From Lama guanicoe (taxonomy: Eukaryota), in NCBI GenBank assembly GCA_013239625.1, contig MU054391.1, positions 1,951,130 through 2,015,129 on the forward strand: a stretch of DNA of 64,000 nt, given 5' to 3'. The notes beneath the pieces are model-generated. The model had not been told where the DNA came from and did no database searches. It saw only the letters and a list, made by a program, of their open reading frames with translations. Within the stretch, counting starts at the first letter, position 1, and each line of letters starts with the position of its first letter. The translations under genes and the position numbers were made by a program. Below, piece by piece: positions 1 to 12,347 of the stretch.

Positions 1-29
1 TTTGTTTTTTTTTATTTTTCTTCTTTTTC

Positions 30-44
30 NNNNNNNNNNNNNNN
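30..44. other. Assembly gap (15 N) within a poly-T tract
   Basis: Run of N at 30-44 with T-rich sequence on both sides (1-68). Confidence 0.98.
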
Positions 45-332
45 TTTTTTTTTTTTTTTTTTTTTTTTAAATATTACCTGACTTTTCCCGGTTGTGGTAA
101 GTTAGCATAAACTTGTCATAGGGCTGCTGCTGGGTTCAGCTGCATGTGGTGGAAAGTCTCAGTTTTCAGTAAGAAATGTTTGTGCAAAATCAGTGTCAAA
201 TCCAACTTGGGGCCCAAGTGAAAACTAATAATGACACAGTCAACACATCTGGGGCTTTGCTCTGCGCCTTACGCTTCAGTTTTTAGCACAACACAAGGAG
301 GAAGGTACTGTGTTTCCATTTCACAGGCGGGG

Positions 333-628
333 TGCTGTGGACCGAATGTGTCACCCCCAAAAAAATTCGCATGTTGACACTCCAGCCTCCAGTGCGGTGG
401 TGCTGGGAGTGGGGCCTCTGGGAGGTGGTTTGGGTGAGAAGACGCCGCGTGGGTGGGGCCCCCAGGAGGGGCCTGGTGTCCTCATAGGGAAAGGTGAGAG
501 AGAGACCGTTCTCTCTGAAAGTGAGGCCGCAGCGGGAAGGCTGCTGTCTGCCAGCCAAGAGGGGGCCCTCCCCAGGGGCCAAATATGCTAGCACCTTGAT
601 CTCGGGCTTCCGTCCTCCAGAATTACGT
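333..628 (+). mobile_element. MLT1A-like MaLR solo LTR (3'-truncated), apparently interrupting a minus-strand MIR
   Basis: Starts tgctgtggaccgaatgtgtcacccccaaaa..ttcgcatgttga. Contains ggggcctctgggaggtggtttggg and gcaccttgatctcgggcttcc..cctccagaa, typical of MLT1A. The flanks (ccatttcacagg / ggaaaacc..ggctcc) are MIR-like. Confidence 0.75.
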
Positions 629-2014
629 GCGGAAAACCTTGGGCTCCGCGACGGCTTAGAAAGGCTGTCCAGGAGGGCCGCTGCTTCGCCTGCTCACAGG
701 CCTCCAGTGTGCGAACTCGGGTCCCCTTCCATACTGCTGAGTCAGCATTACCTCACGGTGACCGCAAACATCGCTTAGATCCTGGAATCATCCTCACTAT
801 GAGCTGTGCCGCAAATGCTATCTCCTTCATATCAGCCAAGCAGATCCACCAGGGGAGGTGGTCAGAAGGCCACATTTATTTCTCTGTGGTCCAGGAGAAC
901 AGAGCGGAACCACGAACCCAGATGAACTGCCCCAAGCTGGGGACACCCGTGCTCACCGAGAGGTGCTGGGCGCGGGAATCCTACCGGCTGCGGAGAGTCC
1001 CAGGACGGGCACCGCTCAGGCCGCGTGTTCTGCAGGGGAAAGTGCAGTGCTTCGGTGCGAGCTCCCTTTCAAAGGGTTCTGGAGGAGCCTGGAATATTAA
1101 CGTGGCCTTGATGACCAGAGCTGCTGGTTGATGCGTAAGATGCAAAGAATGGCTCTTTGTGTTCAGTCATGAGGACCAAGAAAAAGCACTCATGGAAACC
1201 AGGTGGCTAACACAGTCTGGATTCTAAAAGCAGAGTGTTTTCTCCAGTGGCTCCAACAGTTACTTGCTGGGAGTAAATATTTTATGTTCGGTTTCAATTT
1301 AAAAATAAAGTTGATATTTTAGCTCTTTTAGAATCCAGATAGCAAGCAGACGATTTGGAAGCCCAGCTCGGAATGCCCCCCGCGTGCTGGGCGAGGCACG
1401 CGCGGGGCAGGGCCAGTTCTGGGCACTGACAGGCACAGAGTGTGCAGGGAAAGATGCTGCAGACTCTGCGGGGGACCCGGGGAGGGCGGGGTCTGGGTGC
1501 CAGCATGGAGCGTGTAGAATATGCTCTCGTTACCTGAGAAGGTCCATTGGGCTTGTTTCGTTTTCCCCCCTCGGTTCACGTTACTGTCTCCCTCTCTAGA
1601 TTCCTGCAGGGAACCTGCGTCCTCTCGCCCCAGGGAGGCACCTGTGCGTGCTCTCTCGGGCAGGGCCGTCATTGTCATGCTGGTCCTCTGACAGCGCTGG
1701 CTTTCCAGCCGTTCCCAGGCCTGATCTCGCTTGAATCTCACTGTTTCAGGAGATGGCAGAATAAGCAGAACCGTCGCTGTTTTAGGGACTAAGGGCTGGG
1801 AGCGCAGAAAAGTTCCCTGGATTTGGCCGAGTTAACACGGGTTCATCCTTGTGGATCTAGAACGGAGTCCAGCAGAGCTGCTCTCTAGACCGTCGTCTTT
1901 GCTGCCGAATTCTGCTGCTCCTGATAAGGATGAGGCCCTCCGTTTGGGGGCTGATTGCCATTGGCATCAGCAGTCTGGCTGGTCCTGCGGGCAGCATTTG
2001 TGTAGAGGGTTCTG

Positions 2015-2255
2015 CGGTGCTGGGTGTGGAGTACGAGGCGTGGAGGCGGGCGCATCCGGTTGAGACCCTAGCTCTGTGTGGCTCTTCTGGGGGAGATGCC
2101 CTCATTTCTTTGAGTCTCATTTCATGATCTGTAAGAGGGACATATTTATACCTATTTCATGGGGTTGTGGTGAGGGTTACAGCACAGAAAAGTCCTGCAC
2201 TGTACGCAGCCCTGTGGTCGGGGCACGTTAATGCTCAGTGTGTAGTCAAATGTGT
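2015..2255 (+). mobile_element. MIR SINE
   Basis: Core ctttgagtctcatttcatgatctgtaagaggga..tacctatttcatggggttgtggtgagggtta resembles the MIR core. Confidence 0.7.
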
Positions 2256-4716
2256 CTTTGAGTCTGAACCTGGGACCTGAGGCTCCCTGAGTGTATCTGG
2301 TTGGGCAGGCACAGCCAGGCACCTGCATGCTGATCTGCTCAGGGTGAAATCTGGGGGAAGAGGTCGGGGAGGAAGTGACAGTGGAGGCTGCGGGGGACAC
2401 GTCCTGTGGACTCATGCCCTGAGACAGTGACGTTGTGTCTATTTGGGCACTGAGGGTTGATTCCCTGAAGATCAGGTTCTGACAGGTTAAGTTGCCCACT
2501 TCTCAGGTGGAAGGTATAGCGCTCAGGTCCACTGGCTTGGGAGTCCCGGTTCCACAAATGCCAAGAAAACAGTTAGCACGCTTTTATTGACCTCAGGTAG
2601 AAAGCTCTGGTGTGACTCCTGGGCGTTAACTTTTCATGTCTCTGTTCTACATCTTGCCCTAATTAAACCTTTCTCCAGAACTTTTGCACTTTTCAACAAA
2701 ATTAGAACAAATGAATAAAAGTACAGATTCTAATTAGCGCTTCCTGCATATTAAAGGAATTACTCTTCCCCCTACTGGAGGAAATGCTACTGGGAAGAAA
2801 TAAATGATCTTTGAAACGCAATTCTTCTTTTCAGAAAGTAGTGGTCATTCTTGGCAAGGGCATTGCTGCGAACGAGACATGTCCGCAGGCTGACTTGCTT
2901 GGCGACAGTCTGGGTGATGGAGGGACCCCTCAGATGGTAGCTGTGTTTACTGGGAGGAAAGAAACATTCTTACAATAAACGTTTTTTAATAGGAAGTTAT
3001 GCAGAGAGGCGTTTGTTAAATTGTTTCAAATAACTCCAGCACCTAATAAAAGCAGGATTTGAAGGAAAGCCAAAGTTCCATTTCAGGCTGTGGTACCGTC
3101 TGCATTTGCTGAGTGAGTTATGTCTGTGACGTTAACTCGGCATTATCGAAAAAGCACTGTTTGACCTCAGGCAAGCTGGTGTGGGATGCGAGCTCGTTCC
3201 AGGCTGAAATTTCCCTCTTAAATTTTTCATGGAATTCTCCCGGCAGGGTCACTGGGGGGTTCTGAAAAGGTTTTCACCATCAGAATTGCTGCGGCTCAGC
3301 CACCAGAAATGCATTTATTTCATCAGCACCCACCCCTTCATCTTAATGCCACGTAGCAACATAGAATAGGTTTAAGGTCCATCGCCTGTAAAATTATCAT
3401 TTTTCACCAAAGCAACATTATATTAAACATTTAATTATTCATTACTAATGCATGTCATGGTGAAATATTGGCCTCACTAATTCTGAAAGCGCCCAGCCCA
3501 GCTTTCCTTCTCTGAAGGTTAATGGCTAAGCCCCAGTATCATTAGATTTTCTAAATGCAGGCACACCTCATATGTCATTGTGCGACTTTCCCGACCCCCA
3601 ACCCTTTTAGCAAGTGAGACCCATGCGATACGGGCCGGTCTTCCCGACGTGGTGTCTGCGAGGACGGGATACTCATTTTAAGGGCCGGGCTGGGGAGAAC
3701 AGAATTGGGGATGGCAGTTTTCTGAAATACTCTCAATGGAAGGATTTCTTAAGGGATAACATTTTTAAGGTGATCTGTGTCTTGATTTAAATAAATTATG
3801 TGCTTTCATGCAAACCTGTTTACTGGCTTGGAATGATGGCCGTGAAACGTGACTGCGGCAGTCACAGCAGCGTTCGCCTGCCTGCATTTGGTCGCAAGGC
3901 TCAAGATTTCAGCACTGCAGTCTTGAATATTTACAGCCCAGGGTTCCCGCTGCGGAACACCTGTGCTGTGTAGGTTTATAGACGGTAAAAATAAAGAGTC
4001 CTTGCTGGCATCGACACTACACCCAGTATCACCTTCTGAATACTCCTCATGAACTTAATTCTGTTAAAGAGAAAGCCTTTGTCTGTCTTCCAGGCAACAG
4101 CTGGAAAGCAGTGTGAATCTGGAAACGTGGTCTGGCCCCCACATCGTACAGGGGTCAGACCTGTGTCCGTAGCGCGACTTTCCCACGCCGGCAACGATCA
4201 TCCTCTCCGATCTGCATGCAGAACTTCTGGAGGAAGCCTGTGAGCCTGGTACCCGCCATGTGAATGAGCTTGGTTACTAAGGAAGGTCACCCTCCCGGAA
4301 AGACCACACAGCCGCCATTCGGGGCGACTCCTGTCCTGGCTGCCCCCACATGCCCAGGCTGGCGTCCTCTAATTTGCTCAGACAAGTCTGCCAGCTTCCA
4401 CATCTCCCCACAGGTCCGCCTCCACAGTCCTCACACCCACACCCGCCAAGCTCACTGCCAGGATAAGAAAGACCGATGGGGTTTGGGGAAGATTCCTGCA
4501 GCTTCCAAAGTTACCATAAAGCAAAACAAAACAAAGCAAAAACCATTTAAGGGAAAATATGTGTATTTGGGTTTATTTCAGAATATTTTCTCAATTTCTG
4601 CTTAACTTAAGTTGCTTTCTTTTAAACCATGACTCACAGCAGTTTTGGTGAGTTTAGCTGGGTTATCATAAAGTCCTCCTCTTCTGAGATCTTCTGGGAT
4701 CATGGTGTGGATGAGT

Positions 4717-5069
4717 TGCTACAGGTTGCATCGAGCCCCCCTGAATGCCTATGTCGAGCCACAATCTCCAGTGCCTCCAAATGTGGAAACAGGTCCTTTA
4801 ACGGGGCAGTTAAGGTAAAAGGAAGACGTTAATGTGGGTCCCAAGCTGTGACGAGTGTCCTGTTAAGAAAAGGGGATCAGGATGAAGACACACACAGAGG
4901 ACGCAGGGAGAAGACGGCTGTGTGCTGATGGCTGTGTACAGTCAGGATGGACCAGCCCTACCCACGTGCCAATCTTGGCCTCCTGGCTTCCAGAACTGAG
5001 AAAATAAATTCCTGCTGTTTAAGGCCTCGGCTTGTGGTATTTGTTACCGTAGCTGTCACAGACTAATAC
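4717..5069 (+). mobile_element. MLT1B/C-like MaLR solo LTR
   Basis: 5' tgctacaggttgcat. 3' ggcttccagaactgagaaaataaattcctgctgtttaagg..ttgtggtatttgttaccgtagctgtcacagactaatac is the MLT1 3' terminus. Confidence 0.8.
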
Positions 5070-5099
5070 CCACTCTGTCACACTTTGCACATAACAACG

Positions 5100-5757
5100 T
5101 CTACTCTTTTCCTTTCGTAAAAATCAAATGTCCACTTTGATGAGTTTTGACAAATATATACTTATATACATATATCCACATAATCAGATATAATTTTAGG
5201 CTGTTTCTACTACTGCAGAAGGTTCCCTCCTGCCCGTTCCGATCCGTCTCCAGCCCACAGACGCCCGGCCCTGACGCCTGCGATCGCAGACCTGCTATGT
5301 CAGTTCTCGAACGTCGCGTAACAAAGAAGTCCGTAAACGTCAACTCTAACGTTGATTTTCTGTTTTCCTATTTAGTTCGGGTGCATTTGCTTCAGGCATT
5401 TTGAAGCTCTGTTGTTAGAAACAGTCGCCTTCGGGAACATGTGTCTCCCTTTATTCACTGTGGCTTTTCCTTCCCTCTCTGTGTCTCCTCGTCTTGAGGT
5501 CTATTCTGTCTAATATTAATACACCTCCGTGAGCTCCCTTGTGCACACAATTGAAATTCGCTGTCTTCTAACCTTTTGCTTTCAGTCTGTGTCTTCATAT
5601 TTAGCAGATGCCACAGCTGCGTGTTGTTCTTCTTACCTTTTCGTGCTGACAACTTACGCCTTTTCACTGGAACTTAATATATTTATATTATAGCTAATTG
5701 TTTATATAGTTGCTTTAAATAAATCTGCCATTTTGCTATTTGCTACATTTTTCCCCC

Positions 5758-5790
<33 letters not shown>

Positions 5791-5950
5791 TTTGCTTGGC
5801 TTCTCTGCTCATTTTCTCTCCCTTTTCTTGGATTATTTATTTCGTTTTTGCATTCCATGACCATCCCGCTATTACCTTTAAGCTGTAACTGCTTGTGTTG
5901 TATTTCAGTGATGTTGTTAGAAATTTTATATTGACCTTCAGCTTCTCATG
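5100..5950 (-). mobile_element. Old L1M (L1ME/MC-like) relics, antisense
   Basis: tgatgagttttgacaaatatatac..agaaggttccctcctgccc (3'UTR) and cattttgaagctctgttgttag..tgatattaat (endonuclease region) match antisense old L1. Confidence 0.6.
5765..5790. repeat. (GT)n microsatellite
   Basis: About 13 GT units. Confidence 0.95.
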
Positions 5951-5977
5951 TCTACGCAGCATCTGTGCGATACCGCA

Positions 5978-7508
5978 AGTTGGAGAAGTGAACTACCCAA
6001 CCTCAGGATTACTATAAAAGCTACGACAGTCAAGACATCATGGTGTTAGTGGAAGAACAAACAGACCCATGGAACAGAATAGAGAGCCCAGAAATACACC
6101 CGCACAAATACAGGCAATTAATCTTTGACAACAGATCAAAGGTAATACAGTGGAGCAGAAATAATCTTTTCAAGAAACGGTGTTGGAACAACTGGACATC
6201 CGTGGGCAAAAAACATACTGAGACACAGACCTTCTATCTTTCACAAAAATGAACTCAAAATAGATTATTGTCCTAAATTCAAAATAAAAAAACTATAAAA
6301 CGCTTTGAAGATAACATCGAGAAATCCTAGCTCTTGGGTACGGTGATGAGTTTTTAGATACAATACTGAGGCACCCTCCATGTGAGAAATATCAATAAGC
6401 TGGACTTCATCAAAGCTAAAATGTCCGCTCTGCAAAATCAATGTCAAGAGAGTAAACAGACAAGCCACAGGCTGGGAGAAACTGTTAGCAAAAGACGCAT
6501 CTGATGAAGGACTGTCGCCCAAAATATACAACGAACGCCCAGAACTCAACAGTAGGAGAACAACCCATTTGAGAAATGGGCCGAAAACCTTCACAGGTAT
6601 CTCACCAGAGAAGATGTACAGATGGAATTTAAGCGTACAAAAAGATGCTACTCATTATATGCCATCAGGGCAATGCAGAGATACCGCTGCCCGTCTGTTA
6701 GAATGGCCAGAACCCAGACACCGACAGCAGCAGATTCTGGTGAGCAGTGGGGCAGCAGGAGTTCCCATTCATTGTTAATGGGAATGCAATATGGTGCAGC
6801 CACTTTGGAAGACTTTTGGTGATTTCCTACAAAACTAAGCATATTCTAACCACATGATCCAGCAACTAGACTCTGGTTGTTACCAAGAGGAGTTCAACGT
6901 GGGTGTCCACAAAAAACCTGCATGTGGGTGTTCGTAGCAGCTTTATTCATAATTGCCAAAACTTGGAAGCAGCCAAGATGCCCTTCAGGAGGTGAATGGA
7001 TAAACACATTGTGGTGCATCCAGACAGTAAAATGTTACTCAGCACTAAAAAGAAGTGAGCTGTCAAGTCATGAAAAGACATGGAGGAAACAAATGCATCT
7101 GACCACCTGACAGAAGCCAGTCTGAAAAGGCTACAGACTCTAAGATTCCAACTGTATGACATTCTGGAAAAGGTAGAACTGTGGATTCTGTAAAAAGATC
7201 AGTGATTGTAGGGTTTGGGGGCGGTAGGGTGGCGTGGAATGGGGTCTATGCAGATTCTGAGGGCAGTGGAAGTGTTCTGGATGACACGTCATCATCCAGA
7301 CCCATAGGATGTGCCACACCGAGAGTGTGGCTTTACTGTAAACCAGGGGTGACCGACGTGTCAGTGCAGGTTCAGGACGTAACAGTGTACCATCTGGTGG
7401 GGTGTGCATATGCATAATGAAGGGTTAGTGGGAGATCTCTGTACCTTCCTCACAGTTTGGCTGTGAACCTAAAACGGCTTTAAAAGTGCAGTCTTGAAAA
7501 GAAAAGAA
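5978..7508 (+). mobile_element. 5'-truncated L1 (L1MC1-like): ORF2 C-terminal relic, 3'UTR and A-tail
   Basis: Peptides WNRIESPEIHPHKYRQLIFD and FVAALFIIAKTWKQPRCPS..EWINTLW match the L1 ORF2 C-terminus. The 3' end atctctgtaccttcctcacagtttggctgtgaacctaaaac..gaaaagaaaag is L1MC-type. Multiple stops and frameshifts. Confidence 0.92.
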
Positions 7509-8316
7509 GGGCGTGTGTCCTTCCGTGAAGTTTAACCCAACCACTGGAAAGTGTAAGGCAAAAAAAGGCTAAACTTTATCTATTATGGCATTGTGTTTCT
7601 AGGAGTACATCAAGTTTTATTCATATTTCTAAGTAAAAGAATTATAGGCATTTCTCACAGCACTAGCTTGGCTCTTCGGCCCTTTCCTCTTGCTCGTAGG
7701 ATGGCTTCGTGATGCCACCATGCAACGTGGAGTGGTGACAACTGAGTGGGCAGAGACAGACGAGTAATGATGTTTCCAGTCTGGGATTTCCCCTGGATTT
7801 CAGCGATTCAACCACGGAGGCTCCCGTGATTGACCACCTCTGAGATCTGACCCAGAGCCCATGCTTTGTGGATTTTTGCTCCACTGAGCAAATTTCAAAT
7901 CTGGATCTGCCTTTAGAACTCTCTAAGTCACACAAATGACAGTTTCCTTTTCTACCTCGGAAAATTAAGTGAGAACTATTACCACACGTTAATGAAAGAC
8001 AAAATGACCATTTATTACAGCCAACCATTCCATAGGTAAATAGAAAATAAAGTAACAGAAAGGAGGGGAGGGTACCACCTTCCCTGCAGGCTGTGCTGTA
8101 ACTCATCCGCAGGCTCGGGGATGACACGTGCCGAGGCAGCGCACGAGCAGCGGGCACTCTCGTCTGGTGAGACGGGGGCGAGGGAGAAGCTGGGGCAGAG
8201 AAACGTCTCCACCTGACACTGTAAGCAGTAGGTGTTTCGGGGTCTGATTTGCCGTAAACTTAGTTCACATTTAGCCTTAAATGCTTAGTAACCGCAAGGA
8301 GCATCCTCTTGCTAAC

Positions 8317-8636
8317 AGTCTCAGTTCAGGCGGCTGTGACACCACCACAGACGGGGGTCGGGCTTTTCCCACCGTTCTGGGGACTCGGCGACCAAGAGCA
8401 GGCGGCTCAGTGTTGGGGAAGGCCAGCTCCCCGGGTCGCAGACACAGCTCCCCTGCGTCCGCCCAGGGCGGAAGGGGCAGGGGGCTCTCCGGGGTCCCTT
8501 CTGTAAAAGCACGAATCCCGTCGGGTGTCTGCCCTCGTGACCTGATCACCTCCGAGAGGCCCCACCTCCTGATACCGTCATGTTGGGGGGCGGGTTTTAA
8601 CACACGTGTTTAGGGGGAGACATTCAGAACACAGCA
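8317..8636 (-). mobile_element. MLT1A-like MaLR solo LTR
   Basis: agtctcagttcaggcggctgtgacacca..gacctgatcacctcc..aggccccacctcctgatacc..tttagggggagacattcagaacacagca is antisense MLT1A. Confidence 0.8.
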
Positions 8637-9959
8637 CTTAGCGTGTTTGTTTTCCAAGGTGCAGGAAGCACTGGTGGGGGGACGGAGTTCTCACCAGTGA
8701 TGGGACTCACTCCCCGGGGGCCACGGAGTCTCCTTCCAGCACCAAAGCAACGGCGTGCCAGGGTTTGTCCCCCTTGGGGATGTTTGAAGTTCACAGAATC
8801 AGTGGCAGGTTTATTTACTCCAGTGAGAGCTTTGGTCCAGCGCCTGAGGCTGGCGGAGTCTCAGTTCCGTCTGCGGTAGGACCCAGCGTGGTGCCCGGAG
8901 CGTTCTCCATCACAGAACTCGGCAGTCATGACAGGGCCACCGAGGCCTGCGAGGGCGTCAAGCCCGTGGCTTGGCCGGGCCTGTGAGGCGCATGTGCGTC
9001 CGGGGAAGTGATGGAGGCCACATCTGGTCCCTGTGGCCGGGGGCCACCCGTCACTGCAGGGAGGGGACCTGCCGGCTCACGCAGCCCCGCACTTTCTCTG
9101 CAAGACCCTCCACGCGGCTCTGACCTTCTTTTACATCCTGCTTCTTGGCAGAACATCTGTGTGTGTCTCTCTGTGCTCAGGTCCCCTCTCTCGGCCAGCT
9201 GGCGTTCTGGGAGGCAGTGCACCCCCTGGCAAGGCGTCTATCACTGGCCTCAGGACCTACCTCTCCCCACAAGAGGTGTTTCTTTCCGAACAGTCTGCAG
9301 TGCGTTTGCCTCAGGGCCTCCGGTCTGGATGATGTGATGGCTGACACCGCCCAGACCCTGCTCAGCTCAACGCACATCCGTCCAGCTCTGACCTGCCCCC
9401 CTTGCCCTGAGGATGAGGGCGCCCGTAAGTCTATTTGGGATGGGGAGGGGGATTCCAGGAAGCACGATGAAGGGGTGGGGACGTGAGGCAGGGAGGACAG
9501 TCAGCAGAAGGCTGGTGGATGAGCAGGCCACTGCTGCGGGGACAGCAGTAACCTGCCCTGGGGCCTCTGGGACAGCGTGTGGGACAAACTCAGGGTCGAT
9601 CAACCGCCTGTCACCCCTCCCCATGGGGACGTTAGCTCCCTCCCCACCTGCCTCTAAGCTGCAAAGCCTGCTTTGTGCCCCGCAGGAGAAAAGCAAGAAT
9701 TCACAGCACCCAGGTGACACTCAGGTGGCCTGAGTGTCTGCCGACCCTTGCCCCACAAGGGGTCCTCTGTGCACGCTCCCCCTTGGGCCTCCCTTTCCTC
9801 TCCCGCCTCTGATGTAGCGTCTTCTGTGGTTTGACCCGACTCCCAGCTTCCCTTCCTACCTGTGTGTGTGTGTCCTTCGCGGAGAATAAAGCACTACTCG
9901 CTCTGAAGCGCAGTCCTGGGGAGGAAAGCATTGGGATTTCCCACGTGCCTCCCGGGGAC

Positions 9960-10140
9960 CAGACACTGTACTTTCTGGACGGGACCCCATGGAATCCTGA
10001 CAGTTAACTTTAGAAGCCGATGTAAGATCCGGAACAGGGACTCAGGAGAGTTAAGCGCCTTCCCCAGGGGCACACGCAGGAAGGCGGGGGAGTGGCCATT
10101 GGAACCCAGCTCTGAGTCACCCCAGAGTCTGCGTTCTGTC
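9960..10140 (-). mobile_element. MIR SINE fragment
   Basis: ggactcaggagagttaagcgccttccccaggggcacacgcaggaaggcggggg..ggaacccagctctgag resembles antisense MIR. Confidence 0.6.
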
Positions 10141-10749
10141 CAGGAGCCCCCTTGCTGCTCCCGGGGTGGCAGACAAGGACGTAGCTCTCGCTCTTTCTGG
10201 CGGCATCCAACCAGGTCAGCTGGAATTAGAATCTGCTCCGGGTCCCCACGTCTTGCGGTAAATTGGACACCCAGCGTGCGCCTTACTGAATTTCATGTTC
10301 TGAATGTTTAATGCTTCTCCAAGTGTCATAGGATTAGCCACTGGCTACGCAAATTGTTTTCATTTCTTACATAAACTGTTTTCATTAGTGGCTCTAAATG
10401 GGTGAGTGGCATTAATACACGATAAATACAGATCACGCTGCAGCAGGGAAAGCTGAGCCCAGCCAAACACCAGGTGCTTAACGCAGTCCCTCCCCGTGGG
10501 GAGCACGGGCAGCATGTGCAGGGAGGGGACGGCATCTCTGTCCTTCCCCTAGCCAGCCCCCCAGCCCCCGCCAGCATCAGAGCTGCGTCCCGGCCGTCCC
10601 TGGGGTGAGCTCCGCTCACGGCTGAGACGCACCTTCTCCCTGGGGCATGGGGCCCAGCCCTCCTTGTCGGTTTTCCAACCTTGGCCAGCACTTTTTCTTT
10701 CCTTTGCATCATCGATGTTCCCCTTTTTATAGGATCTTCCCGTGCAGCC

Positions 10750-11958
10750 TACAAAGTGGTGTTATCTCCCTGTCTTTGGAGCCTATCCCTGACCCCCTCT
10801 CCTCTCCTGCCATCCCCCCGCCACCTTCCGTCTATAAAGCGCACAGGAACGGGGTGCCACGCTCACTGCCTCCAGGGTCCCTCCTTGAACGCTGTCTCGG
10901 ACCCCGCACCGCTGTTACTGGATGAACGACCCTCACGAAGCTGATGCTCGGGGCAGCGCCCCCCCATACTGGGTGACTTGTTCACTTGGTGTGGGGGGCC
11001 CCTGCCCCCGCCTTCCTTCCGTCCACCCCGTCCTTCATAGCCCTCCCGGCTGGTTCTCGTTTCTGAGCCCTAAACGTTGCGGTGACTCAGGTCCCACCCC
11101 AAGGTGACGTCAGCCTCTGTGACTCCTCAGAATCGTCACTTTCTGCCCTGTTTCTGCTGATAACTGCCCTGCTTGCTTCTCCAGCCCAGACGCTTCCCAA
11201 ATCACACATCCCACGGTTTACTGGTCTCTCCACTTAGACCCCGAACGGGCATCCTGAACACATCCACCCGCGTCCCAGGCAGTACCAGCTCACCTCTTCC
11301 CGGTGGTCACGACGGGAACCTTGGAGCCTTGCCCCCTTTCCTCACGTCCCACGTTGAAATGCCAGCAAACCCTCCTGGGCTTATCCTGTCATCACACACA
11401 GGATCTGAGCCCCCCACCCCGTTACTGCGCCCACAGGGGCCCGGGCCACCGTCTGTCCCCGCTGGGTGGCTGCAGCGGCCCTCACTGGCTCCCCACTTCT
11501 GCTTTCCCTTCCATCCCTGTTTGCAACCTGTGGCTGGAGGGGTGCTTTCACAACGTGACATCACGTCGCTCTCAGCTCAGAGCCCTTCGTTATCTCCCCG
11601 TCTCCCAAGTCAGAGCCCAGGTGCCGGGGAGCCCGCAGGACCCCGTGAGGGTGTCTCCACACTCCGAGGCGCTGCCTGGCTGTCCCCTTCACCTGGGACG
11701 TCCCCCGCTGGCCTCCGCGCGGCTCCTCCCTCCTCCAGCCGGGTCCCTGCTCAGACGTCCTGGCCTGTCTCCTCGGCTCTCAGTCCCGAGCTTTGGCCCC
11801 TGCTTCAGCCTCCCCGTTGCACCTACTGCCTCGGGTGCCTTGTCTCTTGCTAACCCACGGACTCTTGTTTCTCCCCAAGTCAGGGGTCTTCGTCAGTTTT
11901 CTTCACAGCTTCATTCCTGCAGCGGGGCCTGGTCTGTCAATGTTTGTTAAATAAATAA
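10750..11958 (+). mobile_element. L2 LINE 3' portion (GC-shifted)
   Basis: Pyrimidine-rich L2 motifs (tctccagcccagac, ggaaccttggagcc, cagcggccctcactggctcccc), ending ggcctggtctgtcaatgtttgttaaataaataat like the L2 3' tail. Confidence 0.75.
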
Positions 11959-12116
11959 TTGGGACAAAAAGCGAAAGCCTATCAGGCAGGCGGCGTCGCC
12001 GCCAAACCCACAGGCTGAACACACGCGCTCGGCTCCCGGGGACGCTGCCTTCGGCCTGTTTGCTCTAATTTGAAGTCTTTTAAATCTCATACGAGCTTGG
12101 TTATTTGATTTCCTAG

Positions 12117-12347
12117 GTGACAACAGCTGGACGCAAGCTGGAAGTGACGGGGTGCGGACAAAGGAACCCTGGCCATGACCTGCCAATGGCCGGGCAGACA
12201 GCGTGGCCCCAGGGATCCAAAAACGCGTGGGAGCTCAGAAACGCCACAGCCCGAGCCCGCGGCTGCCGCCCCTGCCGCCCGTGCCGTCTCACTGGCCCTC
12301 GAGGAGGCCACTGTGCCCGAGAAGGGACTGGGTCCGTAAAGGTGACC
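12117..12347 (+). other. Candidate exon (231 nt), product unknown
   Basis: Acceptor ttatttgatttcctag|G and donor GTGACC|gtgagt. Open in one frame (VTTAGRKLEV...SVKVT), length divisible by 3. No recognisable homology. Confidence 0.3.

Noticed and set aside
6040..7110. ORFs with L1 ORF2 similarity as host genes
   Set aside because: Fragmented retrotransposon relic with stops and frameshifts.
11173..11950. 226-aa and 215-aa ORFs
   Set aside because: They lie within a GC-shifted L2 relic, where stop depletion explains them.
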